This document shows, piece after piece, positions 17,669-26,325 of a stretch of DNA of 30,482 nucleotides (its first letter is position 1; each line of letters begins with the position of its first letter). The notes under the pieces are model-generated. The model had not been told where the DNA came from, searched no databases, and saw only the letters and a program-made list of their open reading frames with translations. Origin of the DNA: a virus (taxonomy: Duplodnaviria > Caudoviricetes); the IMG/VR virus record IMGVR_UViG_3300017762_000041, positions 1-30,482 of that record; one strand, written 5' to 3'. The translations under genes and the position numbers were made by a program.

Positions 17669-19567
17669 CTATATGTCAACGAGTTCACATGCACCAGCAG
17701 TACAGGCTAACGTCTGACTACCACTTGTTGTGTCTACTTTTTCGTAGTTTGATAAGGCAGTCCAATCAATACTAGTAGGCATCTGTTTCTTCAGGTCATT
17801 ATATGTTTCTTCATCAATGTCCTGATATGGTGCTTGTGCATACGTGTGGTCACTGTGAGGTAGGAATGAGATACCTGAACAAATGTCAAAGTTCTCATAG
17901 ACCCATGCACCCACTGCCATCCACTCTGCATCCTTGACTGTGATAGTCACTGATGGTTTGTGTTCGCACCAGTTGAGTGCGTAGTTCTTCCATAACTCTA
18001 GCTGCTGTAGTGCAGTCATGTCGTTGCGAGTTACAGCACCAGATGGTGACTTAGTAGGGAAGCTGAACACTGTAGTAGAGTCAGGCTTCATCACGCATGG
18101 TTCAGCAGGTATGCCACTGTCCTTCATAAACTGTGTTAGTGGGTCTTTGTTATCACCACGTACAGTACGGATGTAGTAAGCACTATGCCGTGCATGAATA
18201 CCAGAAGCTGTGTCAGTTAGCTGAGATACAGTACCGGATGGTTTGACACAGGTGATAGCAGCAGAAGCTGGTACACCTAGCTTGTCAGCGTAGACACGGT
18301 TGACATCAACGGCCTGTGCCTTCAACTCTTGTAGCCAGCGTGGGCTATCAACAGTCTTAGATAGTACAGGGTTGTCCATGATGCCTGTCAGTGATACACC
18401 AAGCAGTCGTTCTTCTTCTGTATTCTTCTGCCAAATCTTACGCAAGTATGGCATCTTAGTAAAGGTAGACTGTGCTGTACCAAGGATAGTGGCAAGGCGT
18501 ACCTTCCGGCGTAGACTTTCTAAGTCATCTGTTTCACGTACAACAACCTCTGTTAGATTACAGAACTGGTAAGGGCGTAGGATAATCTCAGAACAAGGGT
18601 TAGTACCCCACTCATGTCCTGTCTCTCTACGTCCATTCATCTCTACGTGCTTGTCTGCTGCTGGGCGAGAGAAGATGCCACGTTCACCAGACTTAGACTC
18701 AACGAGGGACAACCACTCACGCATGAAACCTTCCATGTCAGGCTTGTCTGTGTAGGCTACAGAGTTATTAGCCAACGCACGTTGACCTTCATTCTCCCAC
18801 CACTGACCTGACTTAGCATGTGCCATACGTCCATCACTGAGGTTAGATAGACTGATCATAGCTGAACGGCGTACACCACCCACTACCACAACCTCACCAA
18901 TCTTGCACATGATGTCGTGACACTCAATGCTGGTAAGCTTACGTCCTGCTGCTGCCTTGAACTTGTCTACCACAAAGTTAAACAAGTCATTCAATGGCTC
19001 TGGTCCACTGGCTCTACCACCAAAGGTCTTGAGCCTCGCACCTGCTGGACGAATAGCAGACAAGTCCCACTTAGGGATGTCACCTGAGTACAAGTGTGAC
19101 AGTAGCTTATGCAATGCCCTAGCCCAGCCTTCCTTACTGTCCTTGACTGCAATGATGTCATCACTAATTTCTAGTGCATCAGGTACATCAGGTAACTTGG
19201 CAATAGACTGACGTTCTACGCTGAAACCTACACCAGTGCCACACAGTAGAATGAACATAGCCTCATCAAAGGCACGGATGTGGTCTACTGGCAGGTAGCT
19301 ACAGTTGTAGATGCAGGTGTTGTCACGATCTGCTGCTACCCCTGCTGTCATCAAGGCTCTCATGCTAGGCATGACTTCAAGGTTGATGATAGCTTCTTCG
19401 ATTTCCTCTAAGTCTTTAGGGGGTAGACCAGTGGTAGCAATGTAGTTGATGTATCGCTGTACTGTCTCAGGCCAAGTCTCTCGCCTGTTCTCATCCTCAA
19501 GCCATCGTGCATACCGACTAGTAGCAATGAAAGTCTGGTAGTCTGTTGGTAAGTAGTTGCTTCTCAT
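17669..19567 (-). CDS. nrdJ: Class II (adenosylcobalamin-dependent) ribonucleotide reductase
   Basis: VMPSMRA, YNCSY, GTGVGFSV, VVVGGVRRSA, TNPCSEI, TCVKPSGTVSQL, WCEHKPS and C-terminal ACTAGACE; no small-subunit gene nearby. Confidence 0.95.
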   Translation of the reverse strand: MRSNYLPTDYQTFIATSRYARWLEDENRRETWPETVQRYINYIATTGLPPKDLEEIEEAIINLEVMPSMRALMTAGVAADRDNTCIYNCSYLPVDHIRAFDEAMFILLCGTGVGFSVERQSIAKLPDVPDALEISDDIIAVKDSKEGWARALHKLLSHLYSGDIPKWDLSAIRPAGARLKTFGGRASGPEPLNDLFNFVVDKFKAAAGRKLTSIECHDIMCKIGEVVVVGGVRRSAMISLSNLSDGRMAHAKSGQWWENEGQRALANNSVAYTDKPDMEGFMREWLSLVESKSGERGIFSRPAADKHVEMNGRRETGHEWGTNPCSEIILRPYQFCNLTEVVVRETDDLESLRRKVRLATILGTAQSTFTKMPYLRKIWQKNTEEERLLGVSLTGIMDNPVLSKTVDSPRWLQELKAQAVDVNRVYADKLGVPASAAITCVKPSGTVSQLTDTASGIHARHSAYYIRTVRGDNKDPLTQFMKDSGIPAEPCVMKPDSTTVFSFPTKSPSGAVTRNDMTALQQLELWKNYALNWCEHKPSVTITVKDAEWMAVGAWVYENFDICSGISFLPHSDHTYAQAPYQDIDEETYNDLKKQMPTSIDWTALSNYEKVDTTSGSQTLACTAGACELVDI

Positions 19568-19887
19568 CGGTTGTCACCCTCTCCGTGTAGTGTATTATTC
19601 TGTTGTCGTTTCTTTAGTTTCTCTACGTTCATCTCTGCAATAGTCTGTAGTGACAGGCCACAGTCATGGGCTAGTGCTGCTAACATCCACAGTACATCAC
19701 CCATCTCTGTTGCAATAGCTTGCTTTTGATCCTGCATTGGTATCTCATCACGCATCATCTTAGCAATCTTACCTGCTACCTCACCTGCTTCCTCAGCTAA
19801 ACCAAGGGCAGGATAGGATACAGCATATGTCTTAGGATATACTGCTGTCTTCAATGCACCAATCTGGTACTCATAAAAGTTCATCAT
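19564..19887 (-). CDS. mazG: MazG-like nucleotide pyrophosphohydrolase
   Basis: LGLAEEAGEVAGKIAK...EMGDVLW...N.EKL..R...L.GEGDNR. Confidence 0.9.
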   Translation of the reverse strand: MMNFYEYQIGALKTAVYPKTYAVSYPALGLAEEAGEVAGKIAKMMRDEIPMQDQKQAIATEMGDVLWMLAALAHDCGLSLQTIAEMNVEKLKKRQQNNTLHGEGDNR

Positions 19888-20102
19888 TCCTCACCTACCT
19901 CGTTACCATCACTTTTGACTGCATACACATTGTCTACGTAGTTAAACCCTGCACCCTGTAGGAAGGACTTGAAATGATAGAGGTGGTCAGTTAAGTCACC
20001 CTCAGTTAAGAACATCTGTTGTGTTGATGTTGTCATCTTACCATCATCATCGTAAGTCTCTACCTTGTACGTTACAATGTCTGGATGTATCTCAATACTC
20101 AT
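19884..20102 (-). CDS. Hypothetical protein
   Basis: Start at ATG 20102 overlapping the upstream TAA; F..FL.G.GF motif common in small phage proteins. Confidence 0.7.
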   Translation of the reverse strand: MSIEIHPDIVTYKVETYDDDGKMTTSTQQMFLTEGDLTDHLYHFKSFLQGAGFNYVDNVYAVKSDGNEVGEE

Positions 20103-20386
20103 TACCAATTTACTCCCTTTGTTTTCTTTAGTAGATCAATCATCTTGTTAAGATACCACACTGCCTTCTCTGCATCCTGAATAGGGTTGCCCTTCTTGAA
20201 TAGGCGTGAGCCTGTATACTTGATGACATTGCCATGGCAGTAGCTGATAGCTTCGTACTCACCTAGTACGTCCACGATGTAGTCAATGGTTTCAATGCCA
20301 CTATCTGCGTAGTGGGCAGGGCTGTTTACCATGTCAAACTCTGCTTGTGCTTTCATGTAAGCTTCGTGTCGTTGCTGGGATGCCAT
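20102..20386 (-). CDS. DUF3310 protein (T7 gp1.7-like putative nucleotide kinase domain)
   Basis: DMVNSPAHY...IETID...GNVIKY...KG..IQD.EKAVWYL. Confidence 0.88.
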   Translation of the reverse strand: MASQQRHEAYMKAQAEFDMVNSPAHYADSGIETIDYIVDVLGEYEAISYCHGNVIKYTGSRLFKKGNPIQDAEKAVWYLNKMIDLLKKTKGVNW

Positions 20387-21087
20387 AACTTTACCTCTCC
20401 TGTGTCTGTGTCATACTCACCGTTACGTAGGATACGTGCTAGTCGTGCGTTCTCTAGTGCTACTTCTTCAGATAGACCTTTAGCCTTAAACGCATCAACC
20501 ACCTTATCCCATCCACAACCATTAGACAAAAGTTTATTAGCAGTCTTGGGACCAATAGTTGGACAGCCGCTATAGTTATCTGTACTGTCACCAACCAGAG
20601 TTTGGTAAGCGAAATTGTAGTTAGCTTCTTCTTCAGTGATTGTAACAACCTCACCATTAAGCCAGTGCTTTGCTGGCACAGTGAGTAGGTCTTTATCTTC
20701 AGACCATATAATAGTATCTGCGTTCGCAGTACCAAGTATCCCAAGGACATCATCAGCTTCTAATCCCTTATATATAATTGTGTTGTACTTACCCATGATG
20801 TATTCCCTAGCGTAAGGTAACAGCATAGGCTTACGAGTTTTCTTTCGGTTAGCTTTGTAGTAAGGTGCAACCTTCTTGCGATAGTTATCGCTATCTGACA
20901 AAGCAACGATGCAGTCCTGCACTGGTGCTTCATCTGTTAGCTTGGTGATCTGGTCAGAGATTCGTACAGCTACATCATCTTCAAAACAATGCAGTGTCCA
21001 GTGACCATCACCCCAATTCACTGGTGTCTCAGCAGACATAGCTGCCTTGTAAGCAATGATGTCACCATCAATAAGCAGTAGGGTCAT
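20353..21087 (-). CDS. 5'-3' exonuclease (T7 gp6-like)
   Basis: LLIDGDIIAY, YKANRK, LEADDVLGI, SEDKDL and GDSTDNYSGCP motifs; start at ATG 21087 after GAGGAG. Confidence 0.95.
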   Translation of the reverse strand: MTLLLIDGDIIAYKAAMSAETPVNWGDGHWTLHCFEDDVAVRISDQITKLTDEAPVQDCIVALSDSDNYRKKVAPYYKANRKKTRKPMLLPYAREYIMGKYNTIIYKGLEADDVLGILGTANADTIIWSEDKDLLTVPAKHWLNGEVVTITEEEANYNFAYQTLVGDSTDNYSGCPTIGPKTANKLLSNGCGWDKVVDAFKAKGLSEEVALENARLARILRNGEYDTDTGEVKLWHPSNDTKLT

Positions 21088-21250
21088 CGTTAATCTCCTC
21101 ATCTTTCTCAGACTTTCGTAGTATACGTAGCCCTGTCTGTACCTGAATGTAGTCTAAGTATGCCTCAACAATCCACTTAACACTGAGACAAATACTAACA
21201 CTCATAAACGAACAGGTTAGTATTAGCTTCCAAATGAAATCAAAGTCCAT
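21068..21250 (-). CDS. Small hypothetical membrane protein
   Basis: 60 aa, one hydrophobic stretch (IWKLILTCSFMSVSICLSV); GAGGAG upstream. Confidence 0.65.
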   Translation of the reverse strand: MDFDFIWKLILTCSFMSVSICLSVKWIVEAYLDYIQVQTGLRILRKSEKDEEINDDPTAY

Positions 21251-21854
21251 TCAACTTCTCCTCTACCTGCACTAGTACCTGTCTTGCCTGTGCTTTCTTT
21301 AGCTTGAACCATTCGTTCCTGCGATCACTAGCCATGCCTTCTGCTATCTGATGTGCGATAGCCTCAGCCTTGCGTCTGTCGTTAGTACTGATAGTAGCTA
21401 CTACCTCGTAGTCACGGAAGGGACTGCTTGTCTGGTATCCGTTACACCTATCGTCAGCATCAACAGCCATGCCAATCTTAACCCACTTAGGCCACGCTGG
21501 ATTGGTAATGATGTAGACCATGCCCTCAGTACTACGTTCATAGTTCTCAAGACTAGAGAAGGCTGCATCATCGAATGACTTGTACCTACCTGCCTTCCAC
21601 AAAGGGTGAGACTGTGGTACATACTTACCATTGACAAACATACGCTTACTATTCTTACGGTTATGTGACTCTACCCTGTTGCGTCCACTGGAACTACCAA
21701 CGTACCACCACTCACCATCTTCAAAGACTGTGTTGATGTTAGTGGGTGTCTGACCAGTTTCGTCCGTACTTGTACTCACTGTCGAGTCTGCATCTGAATC
21801 CGTAATGGTGTTCGACATCTCGCATACACTGTTGAATAAGTCTTCCTGTCTCAT
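21240..21854 (-). CDS. T5orf172/GIY-YIG-superfamily domain protein (putative endonuclease); start uncertain
   Basis: GMVYIITNPAWPKWVKIGMA...DRCNGYQTSSPFRDY...AE...H...EWF. Confidence 0.8.
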   Translation of the reverse strand: MRQEDLFNSVCEMSNTITDSDADSTVSTSTDETGQTPTNINTVFEDGEWWYVGSSSGRNRVESHNRKNSKRMFVNGKYVPQSHPLWKAGRYKSFDDAAFSSLENYERSTEGMVYIITNPAWPKWVKIGMAVDADDRCNGYQTSSPFRDYEVVATISTNDRRKAEAIAHQIAEGMASDRRNEWFKLKKAQARQVLVQVEEKLNGL

Positions 21855-23445
21855 CTTCTTGACCTTCCTTTACTACTAGTTGAACTTCATCATGTACAAA
21901 CGCTACGATGGTAGCATCTAGTCCTGCCTTCTTGATAGCATCTGCTATGAATACGTACCAAGTCTTACATAAGATTGCACCACAACCTTGAAGCAAACTG
22001 TTGAGTGCTGCGTGGCTGTGTCGGATAGGTGTGTGCCTACCATCTAGTCCCTTGATGTAACCACGATCATCTGCTGCTTGGGATACTGCATCCTTCAGCT
22101 TCTTGAGTGCAGGTAGCTGGCTAAGAAACTTCTTCTTAATACGCTTACCTTCCTTCGCACCCTTGCCTATGATCTTACCAATCTTCTCATCACCTGCACC
22201 ATACAAGAATCCATAGATGAATGTCTTGGCATTGGAACGTGTGGGAAGACCAGCAGCTTCTTGGTTAGTGGTATGTACGTCACCGTCTAACACTACGTTA
22301 GCATAGTTACCATCATCATACCTAGCCATATAGTGTGCTAGGCAGCGTAGTTCCAAACCTGATGCGTCAGCACCTAACAGGCTGTAGCCCTTGGGTGCAA
22401 TGAATAAGGAACGACACTCCTTGCCGTAGGCTGCACCAACGCTGGGTACTTGCCCAAGGTTGGGGTTGGCGTGGGTACACCTAGATGTGACAGCACCCAT
22501 ATGGTTTACTCTACCATGTAGTCTGCCGTTCTCCTCTAGCTTGAGCCATGCCTGTTTGCCTGTGGCTAGTTGGCCTATGCGTTTGTTTAGTAGTAGGTAT
22601 TCCTGTAGCAGTCTAGCCTCTGGCATGTCAATGCTTTCCAGCACTGTCTCATCTACCTTAGGCTCACCACTGTCAGTGAATACTGTAGGCTCCCATCCTC
22701 GCTTGATCAGTCGGTCAGCAATCTGCTGCCGTGATGCAGGGTTGAATGGGATGGTCTTAGTCTTTGTCTTTAACTCAATGATGGTAGGCTCAAACGTGTC
22801 TACCAACTGTTGTTCGATGTCAGCCTTGCGTCCAGCTAGGCTAGCATACAGTTCTTGTGCAGCCTCAACATCAAAGTCAAAGCCTCTTTCCTCTTGTCCT
22901 ATCAGCAGCGTGTGGATTACTTGTTCAAGATGTAACGCATCGCTGCTGAAATTTTTGCTGAGAATTTTCTCATATAGTTTCTGCGTAACCTTTGTGTCTT
23001 GGATGCAGTACTCCAACATTTCGGTGGTGTATGCTGCAAAGCTTTCGCTATGATTATTGAAGTCACCTTTTAATTCTCCTAGCCTTACGCCCCAAGCCTT
23101 CAAGCTATGACTACCAATGATGTTAGCAGGGAACTTACCCTTGCTGTACATAGTGAAGTCTAGTTCTTTTAGGTGAGGCCAGATTGTCCTAGAGTATACC
23201 AACGTATCTACTACCTTACCCTTGAAGGTAAAGTCGTGTAGCTTCTTCATCACACGCAAGTCGTAGTCGATGATGTTGTGACCAATCAAGGTCTTTGCAT
23301 TGTCCATAAACTCCAATGCTTCTTGCGTCTGTGTTGGGTCAAAGGTGTGTACCTCATCAGTGTGTACATCCCTGAAGACATGACACCAAACTTGTGTCAC
23401 CTCTTTAAGTAGATGGTCTGCTTCTAAGTCCCATATGTATTCCAT
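21739..23445 (-). CDS. Family A DNA polymerase (T7 gp5-like) with 3'-5' exonuclease
   Basis: Exo motifs DLEAD, GHNIIDYD, YCIQD; pol motifs DASGLELR, RSNAKTFIYGFLYG, VHDEVQ. Start at ATG 23445 after GGAG. Confidence 0.97.
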   Translation of the reverse strand: MEYIWDLEADHLLKEVTQVWCHVFRDVHTDEVHTFDPTQTQEALEFMDNAKTLIGHNIIDYDLRVMKKLHDFTFKGKVVDTLVYSRTIWPHLKELDFTMYSKGKFPANIIGSHSLKAWGVRLGELKGDFNNHSESFAAYTTEMLEYCIQDTKVTQKLYEKILSKNFSSDALHLEQVIHTLLIGQEERGFDFDVEAAQELYASLAGRKADIEQQLVDTFEPTIIELKTKTKTIPFNPASRQQIADRLIKRGWEPTVFTDSGEPKVDETVLESIDMPEARLLQEYLLLNKRIGQLATGKQAWLKLEENGRLHGRVNHMGAVTSRCTHANPNLGQVPSVGAAYGKECRSLFIAPKGYSLLGADASGLELRCLAHYMARYDDGNYANVVLDGDVHTTNQEAAGLPTRSNAKTFIYGFLYGAGDEKIGKIIGKGAKEGKRIKKKFLSQLPALKKLKDAVSQAADDRGYIKGLDGRHTPIRHSHAALNSLLQGCGAILCKTWYVFIADAIKKAGLDATIVAFVHDEVQLVVKEGQEDETGRLIQQCMRDVEHHYGFRCRLDSEYKYGRNWSDTH

Positions 23446-23463
23446 ACTGTGTCTCCGCACTAG

Positions 23464-25074
23464 TTAAAATTCTACGTCTGGTTCTTCCTCATCATCAAAG
23501 AATACTTCAACCATACGTCCACTGTCCTTCATGTATTGAAGGCTGTTGCATAGGCCAGTCTCACCTGACCATCTGTTCTTCAACACCCTGACGTTGCTTA
23601 TGTCTGGACGTTCCTTGTCTTGCTGGTTCCTTTCCAATCCAATCACGATGTCACTAAGCTGACCGATTGCAGCACTGCCACGTAGTTGTGACATGCTAGT
23701 CTGTGCGCCATCTTCATGTCCTCTGTCACCAGACGGACGCTTGAGGTGTGAGATAAGTATCATACCACAGTTAAGTTCCTCAACAAGAGAACGCATAGCT
23801 GTCATGGTGTTGTCAATGATACGTCTTTCATCTCCACCCTCTAGCCCACTAACAACGATACTGATATGATCAAGTACAATAAAATCGCACCCACAACCAC
23901 GAACAAGGTAGCGTATCTTGGATAGCAGGTTGTCACTATCAGTACTGCCCCAATGATCATACAGATATACTCTACCTGAACCAACTGTTGCATCAAAGGC
24001 ATCACGTAACTCCTTGTCATTGATGTTTAGTTCACCTAGATGCAAAGGCTTGTTGAGTTCGATTGACATAAGACCTAAGGCAGTACGCTTGACGTTCTCC
24101 TCTAGTGCTATGTAACCCACTGTCTGACCTGACTGGATAAGACCATGTGCTAACTCACGTGCTAGCTGCGACTTACCTATGCCCGATCCTGCTGTCAGCG
24201 TTACGATCTCACCCTTGCGACAACCACCTACCTTCTCATTCATACCAGAGTATGGGTAGGGAATAGACACACGATCATCTACTGCTGTGACCACATCCCA
24301 CAAGTCAGTACCAGCTACGATACCGTCAGGTCTGTAGGTCTTAGCACCCCACACTGCCCTGATTACTTCCTCAGTTCTACCAGCCTGTAACATTTCGCTG
24401 GCATCCTTGAGGGGTAGGCTGGCAATGCTTGCCTTGTCTGGTGGTAGTATCTTGGCACACTCAATAGCTGCTGCCTGTCCTACCTCATCCTGATCAAACA
24501 TAAGGATGATCTTGTCGTACTTGCATAGCCATTCGATTGACTTGGCTATGGCTTTCTTTGCACCTGCTGCACCATTTGGTACACTGACCACACTATACTT
24601 GTTGTCAAAAATTTGACTGACTGATAGTGCGTCCACCTCACCCTCGACAATGGTAATCATCTTACCACCATCACGGCATAGGTGTTGACCATACAGGCCA
24701 GCATCCTTGAGGCTACCAATAACAGTGAAGTCCTTGTTAGGGTGGCGTACCTTCTGTGCTACAACGTGGTTGTCCTTGTTGTAGTAGTTGGCTACTTGTA
24801 CCTTCTTACCGTGGTACTCAGCTATACCGTAGCCCCAATGCTTTAGTGTCTTCTCTGTTAGCTTGCGCTTGGCTAGCTGTGTAGGTATAGGCTGCAAGAA
24901 CTTAGTGTCAATGCTAACCGTATCTCGTACTGGTTCCATACTATTTCCTTCTGCTGGTGTAAACTTCTCACACGCAAAGCAGTAGTGATTGCCAGAACTA
25001 TACAACGCATTGGCATCACTACTGCCACAAGATTCACAGGCTTCGTGCCTGATGAATGTACTGTTATCTTCCAT
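23464..25074 (-). CDS. Primase/helicase (T7 gp4-like)
   Basis: Zn finger CESCGSSD...CFAC; TOPRIM EGEVDALS and FDQD; Walker A AGSGIGKS; LDHISI; LRGSAAIGQLSD; KNRWSGETG. Confidence 0.97.
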   Translation of the reverse strand: MEDNSTFIRHEACESCGSSDANALYSSGNHYCFACEKFTPAEGNSMEPVRDTVSIDTKFLQPIPTQLAKRKLTEKTLKHWGYGIAEYHGKKVQVANYYNKDNHVVAQKVRHPNKDFTVIGSLKDAGLYGQHLCRDGGKMITIVEGEVDALSVSQIFDNKYSVVSVPNGAAGAKKAIAKSIEWLCKYDKIILMFDQDEVGQAAAIECAKILPPDKASIASLPLKDASEMLQAGRTEEVIRAVWGAKTYRPDGIVAGTDLWDVVTAVDDRVSIPYPYSGMNEKVGGCRKGEIVTLTAGSGIGKSQLARELAHGLIQSGQTVGYIALEENVKRTALGLMSIELNKPLHLGELNINDKELRDAFDATVGSGRVYLYDHWGSTDSDNLLSKIRYLVRGCGCDFIVLDHISIVVSGLEGGDERRIIDNTMTAMRSLVEELNCGMILISHLKRPSGDRGHEDGAQTSMSQLRGSAAIGQLSDIVIGLERNQQDKERPDISNVRVLKNRWSGETGLCNSLQYMKDSGRMVEVFFDDEEEPDVEF

Positions 25075-25315
25075 TGCCTAAACCATTACGTAAGGTTTGT
25101 GCTGTGTTCTCAAGTCCGTGAACAATCTCCATGATTAGTTCATCATCATACTTGATGTCATCTGATAGCATAGCATGTGCCATGTCGTGATAGCTTACAT
25201 GTTCTGCTAGTTCATGCTGGTCTACATAGACTGATACACTCAGCCCATAAGCACCGAACTCAGTGTTCATATCTACTTCAGATACCCATTCTTCCTTTAC
25301 GTCAATGACACTCAT
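25064..25315 (-). CDS. Hypothetical acidic protein
   Basis: AAGGAG RBS; ATG overlaps the endonuclease stop (ATGA). Confidence 0.7.
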   Translation of the reverse strand: MSVIDVKEEWVSEVDMNTEFGAYGLSVSVYVDQHELAEHVSYHDMAHAMLSDDIKYDDELIMEIVHGLENTAQTLRNGLGNGR

Positions 25316-25677
25316 AACCACTCCTTAGGTATAGTTCCTTCTGCCCAGACAAAACCTTGTCGGTCTGCCCACTCACCACAGGTCATCTTAGACCCATCCT
25401 TTCTTTTCTTAGCACCCTGAATAGTAGCACTGGCTTTCTGAAAGACAAAGCGTACATCCAAGTCAGGATACTGTGCCTTGATTGCCTTCATCTTGCGTTG
25501 GCTATCCTGTCTTAGATAACCTTTCAGTTCTACTATCATTGTGCCTACCGATAAGTCAGGGATGTAGTGACGTTCCACATAGTAGGCCAGCTTCTCTGGC
25601 TCGTATATATATGGAACGCCACGTTCATCTAGGTCTGCAATGACCCTTGCCTCAAAAGTCCCCTTCGTCATCGGCAT
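25312..25677 (-). CDS. Endonuclease I / Holliday junction resolvase (T7 gp3-like); start uncertain (25677 or 25671)
   Basis: FEARV...YE...Y.PDL...ELKG...PDLDVRFVF...WADRQGF...IPKEWL. Confidence 0.92.
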   Translation of the reverse strand: MPMTKGTFEARVIADLDERGVPYIYEPEKLAYYVERHYIPDLSVGTMIVELKGYLRQDSQRKMKAIKAQYPDLDVRFVFQKASATIQGAKKRKDGSKMTCGEWADRQGFVWAEGTIPKEWL

Positions 25678-26272
25678 CACTAGCAGTAGGTTCATCATCA
25701 AACATGTCGTTGCTGTTGTCCTTGGCTACAGCTTGTGCAACATACCCATCTTCCTCATCAAAGATAGATGCTGGCGCACCATACTCTACCAAGTCAATGA
25801 CCTGCATAGCCTTCAGTCGTAGTGACACACCCACCTGCTTGGTTGACTGCATCACATAGGGGAATGGCTCGACAGCAATCTTAACTGTTGATCCATTGCC
25901 GACAGCAATAGACTTATCCATCGGTGTCTTCTTGGCATCCACCACTGATGGCTTCTGTGTGTATGTCTCGCCTGACTTAGACTTGATACGTGCCTTCAGC
26001 TTAGACTTGAACACTAGGTTGCCAGTCTCATCACCGTTGTCGTCTACTTCCTTGGTGTACGGTGTAGCTGTGGACAGGACTGCCTTGAGTTTAGGGTTGT
26101 CCTTGACAGCATCTTGGAATTTAGTCTGGATAATTCCATCAAGCTGTTCACACACTGCTGCTGCTTCTGCCTCAGGTACGATGACCTGTGTTGAGTACTC
26201 TCCCTCTGGTACGAACCGTGTATCAGGGTCAAATACTTTTGCCCATTGGGCTTTGCCTTTAATGATAATCAC
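25652..26272 (-). CDS. Single-stranded DNA-binding protein (T7 gp2.5-like)
   Basis: VGNGSTVK, GVSLRLKAMQVIDLVEY, acidic tail ending DDEGDF. GTG 26272 is better spaced from AAGGAG than 26278. Confidence 0.93.
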   Translation of the reverse strand: MIIIKGKAQWAKVFDPDTRFVPEGEYSTQVIVPEAEAAAVCEQLDGIIQTKFQDAVKDNPKLKAVLSTATPYTKEVDDNGDETGNLVFKSKLKARIKSKSGETYTQKPSVVDAKKTPMDKSIAVGNGSTVKIAVEPFPYVMQSTKQVGVSLRLKAMQVIDLVEYGAPASIFDEEDGYVAQAVAKDNSNDMFDDEPTASDADDEGDF

Positions 26273-26304
26273 TATCACTTCTCCTTAGTTGTTAAAGTTA
26301 GTTA

Positions 26305-26325
26305 GGCTATAGGTACAGGTTAGAA
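26305..26325 (-). promoter_or_regulatory. Putative phage RNAP promoter (middle/replication module)
   Basis: TTCTAACCTGTACCTATAGCC directly after the RNAP stop; ends in CTATAG like T7-family promoters; near-copy at 17648-17668. Confidence 0.85.
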
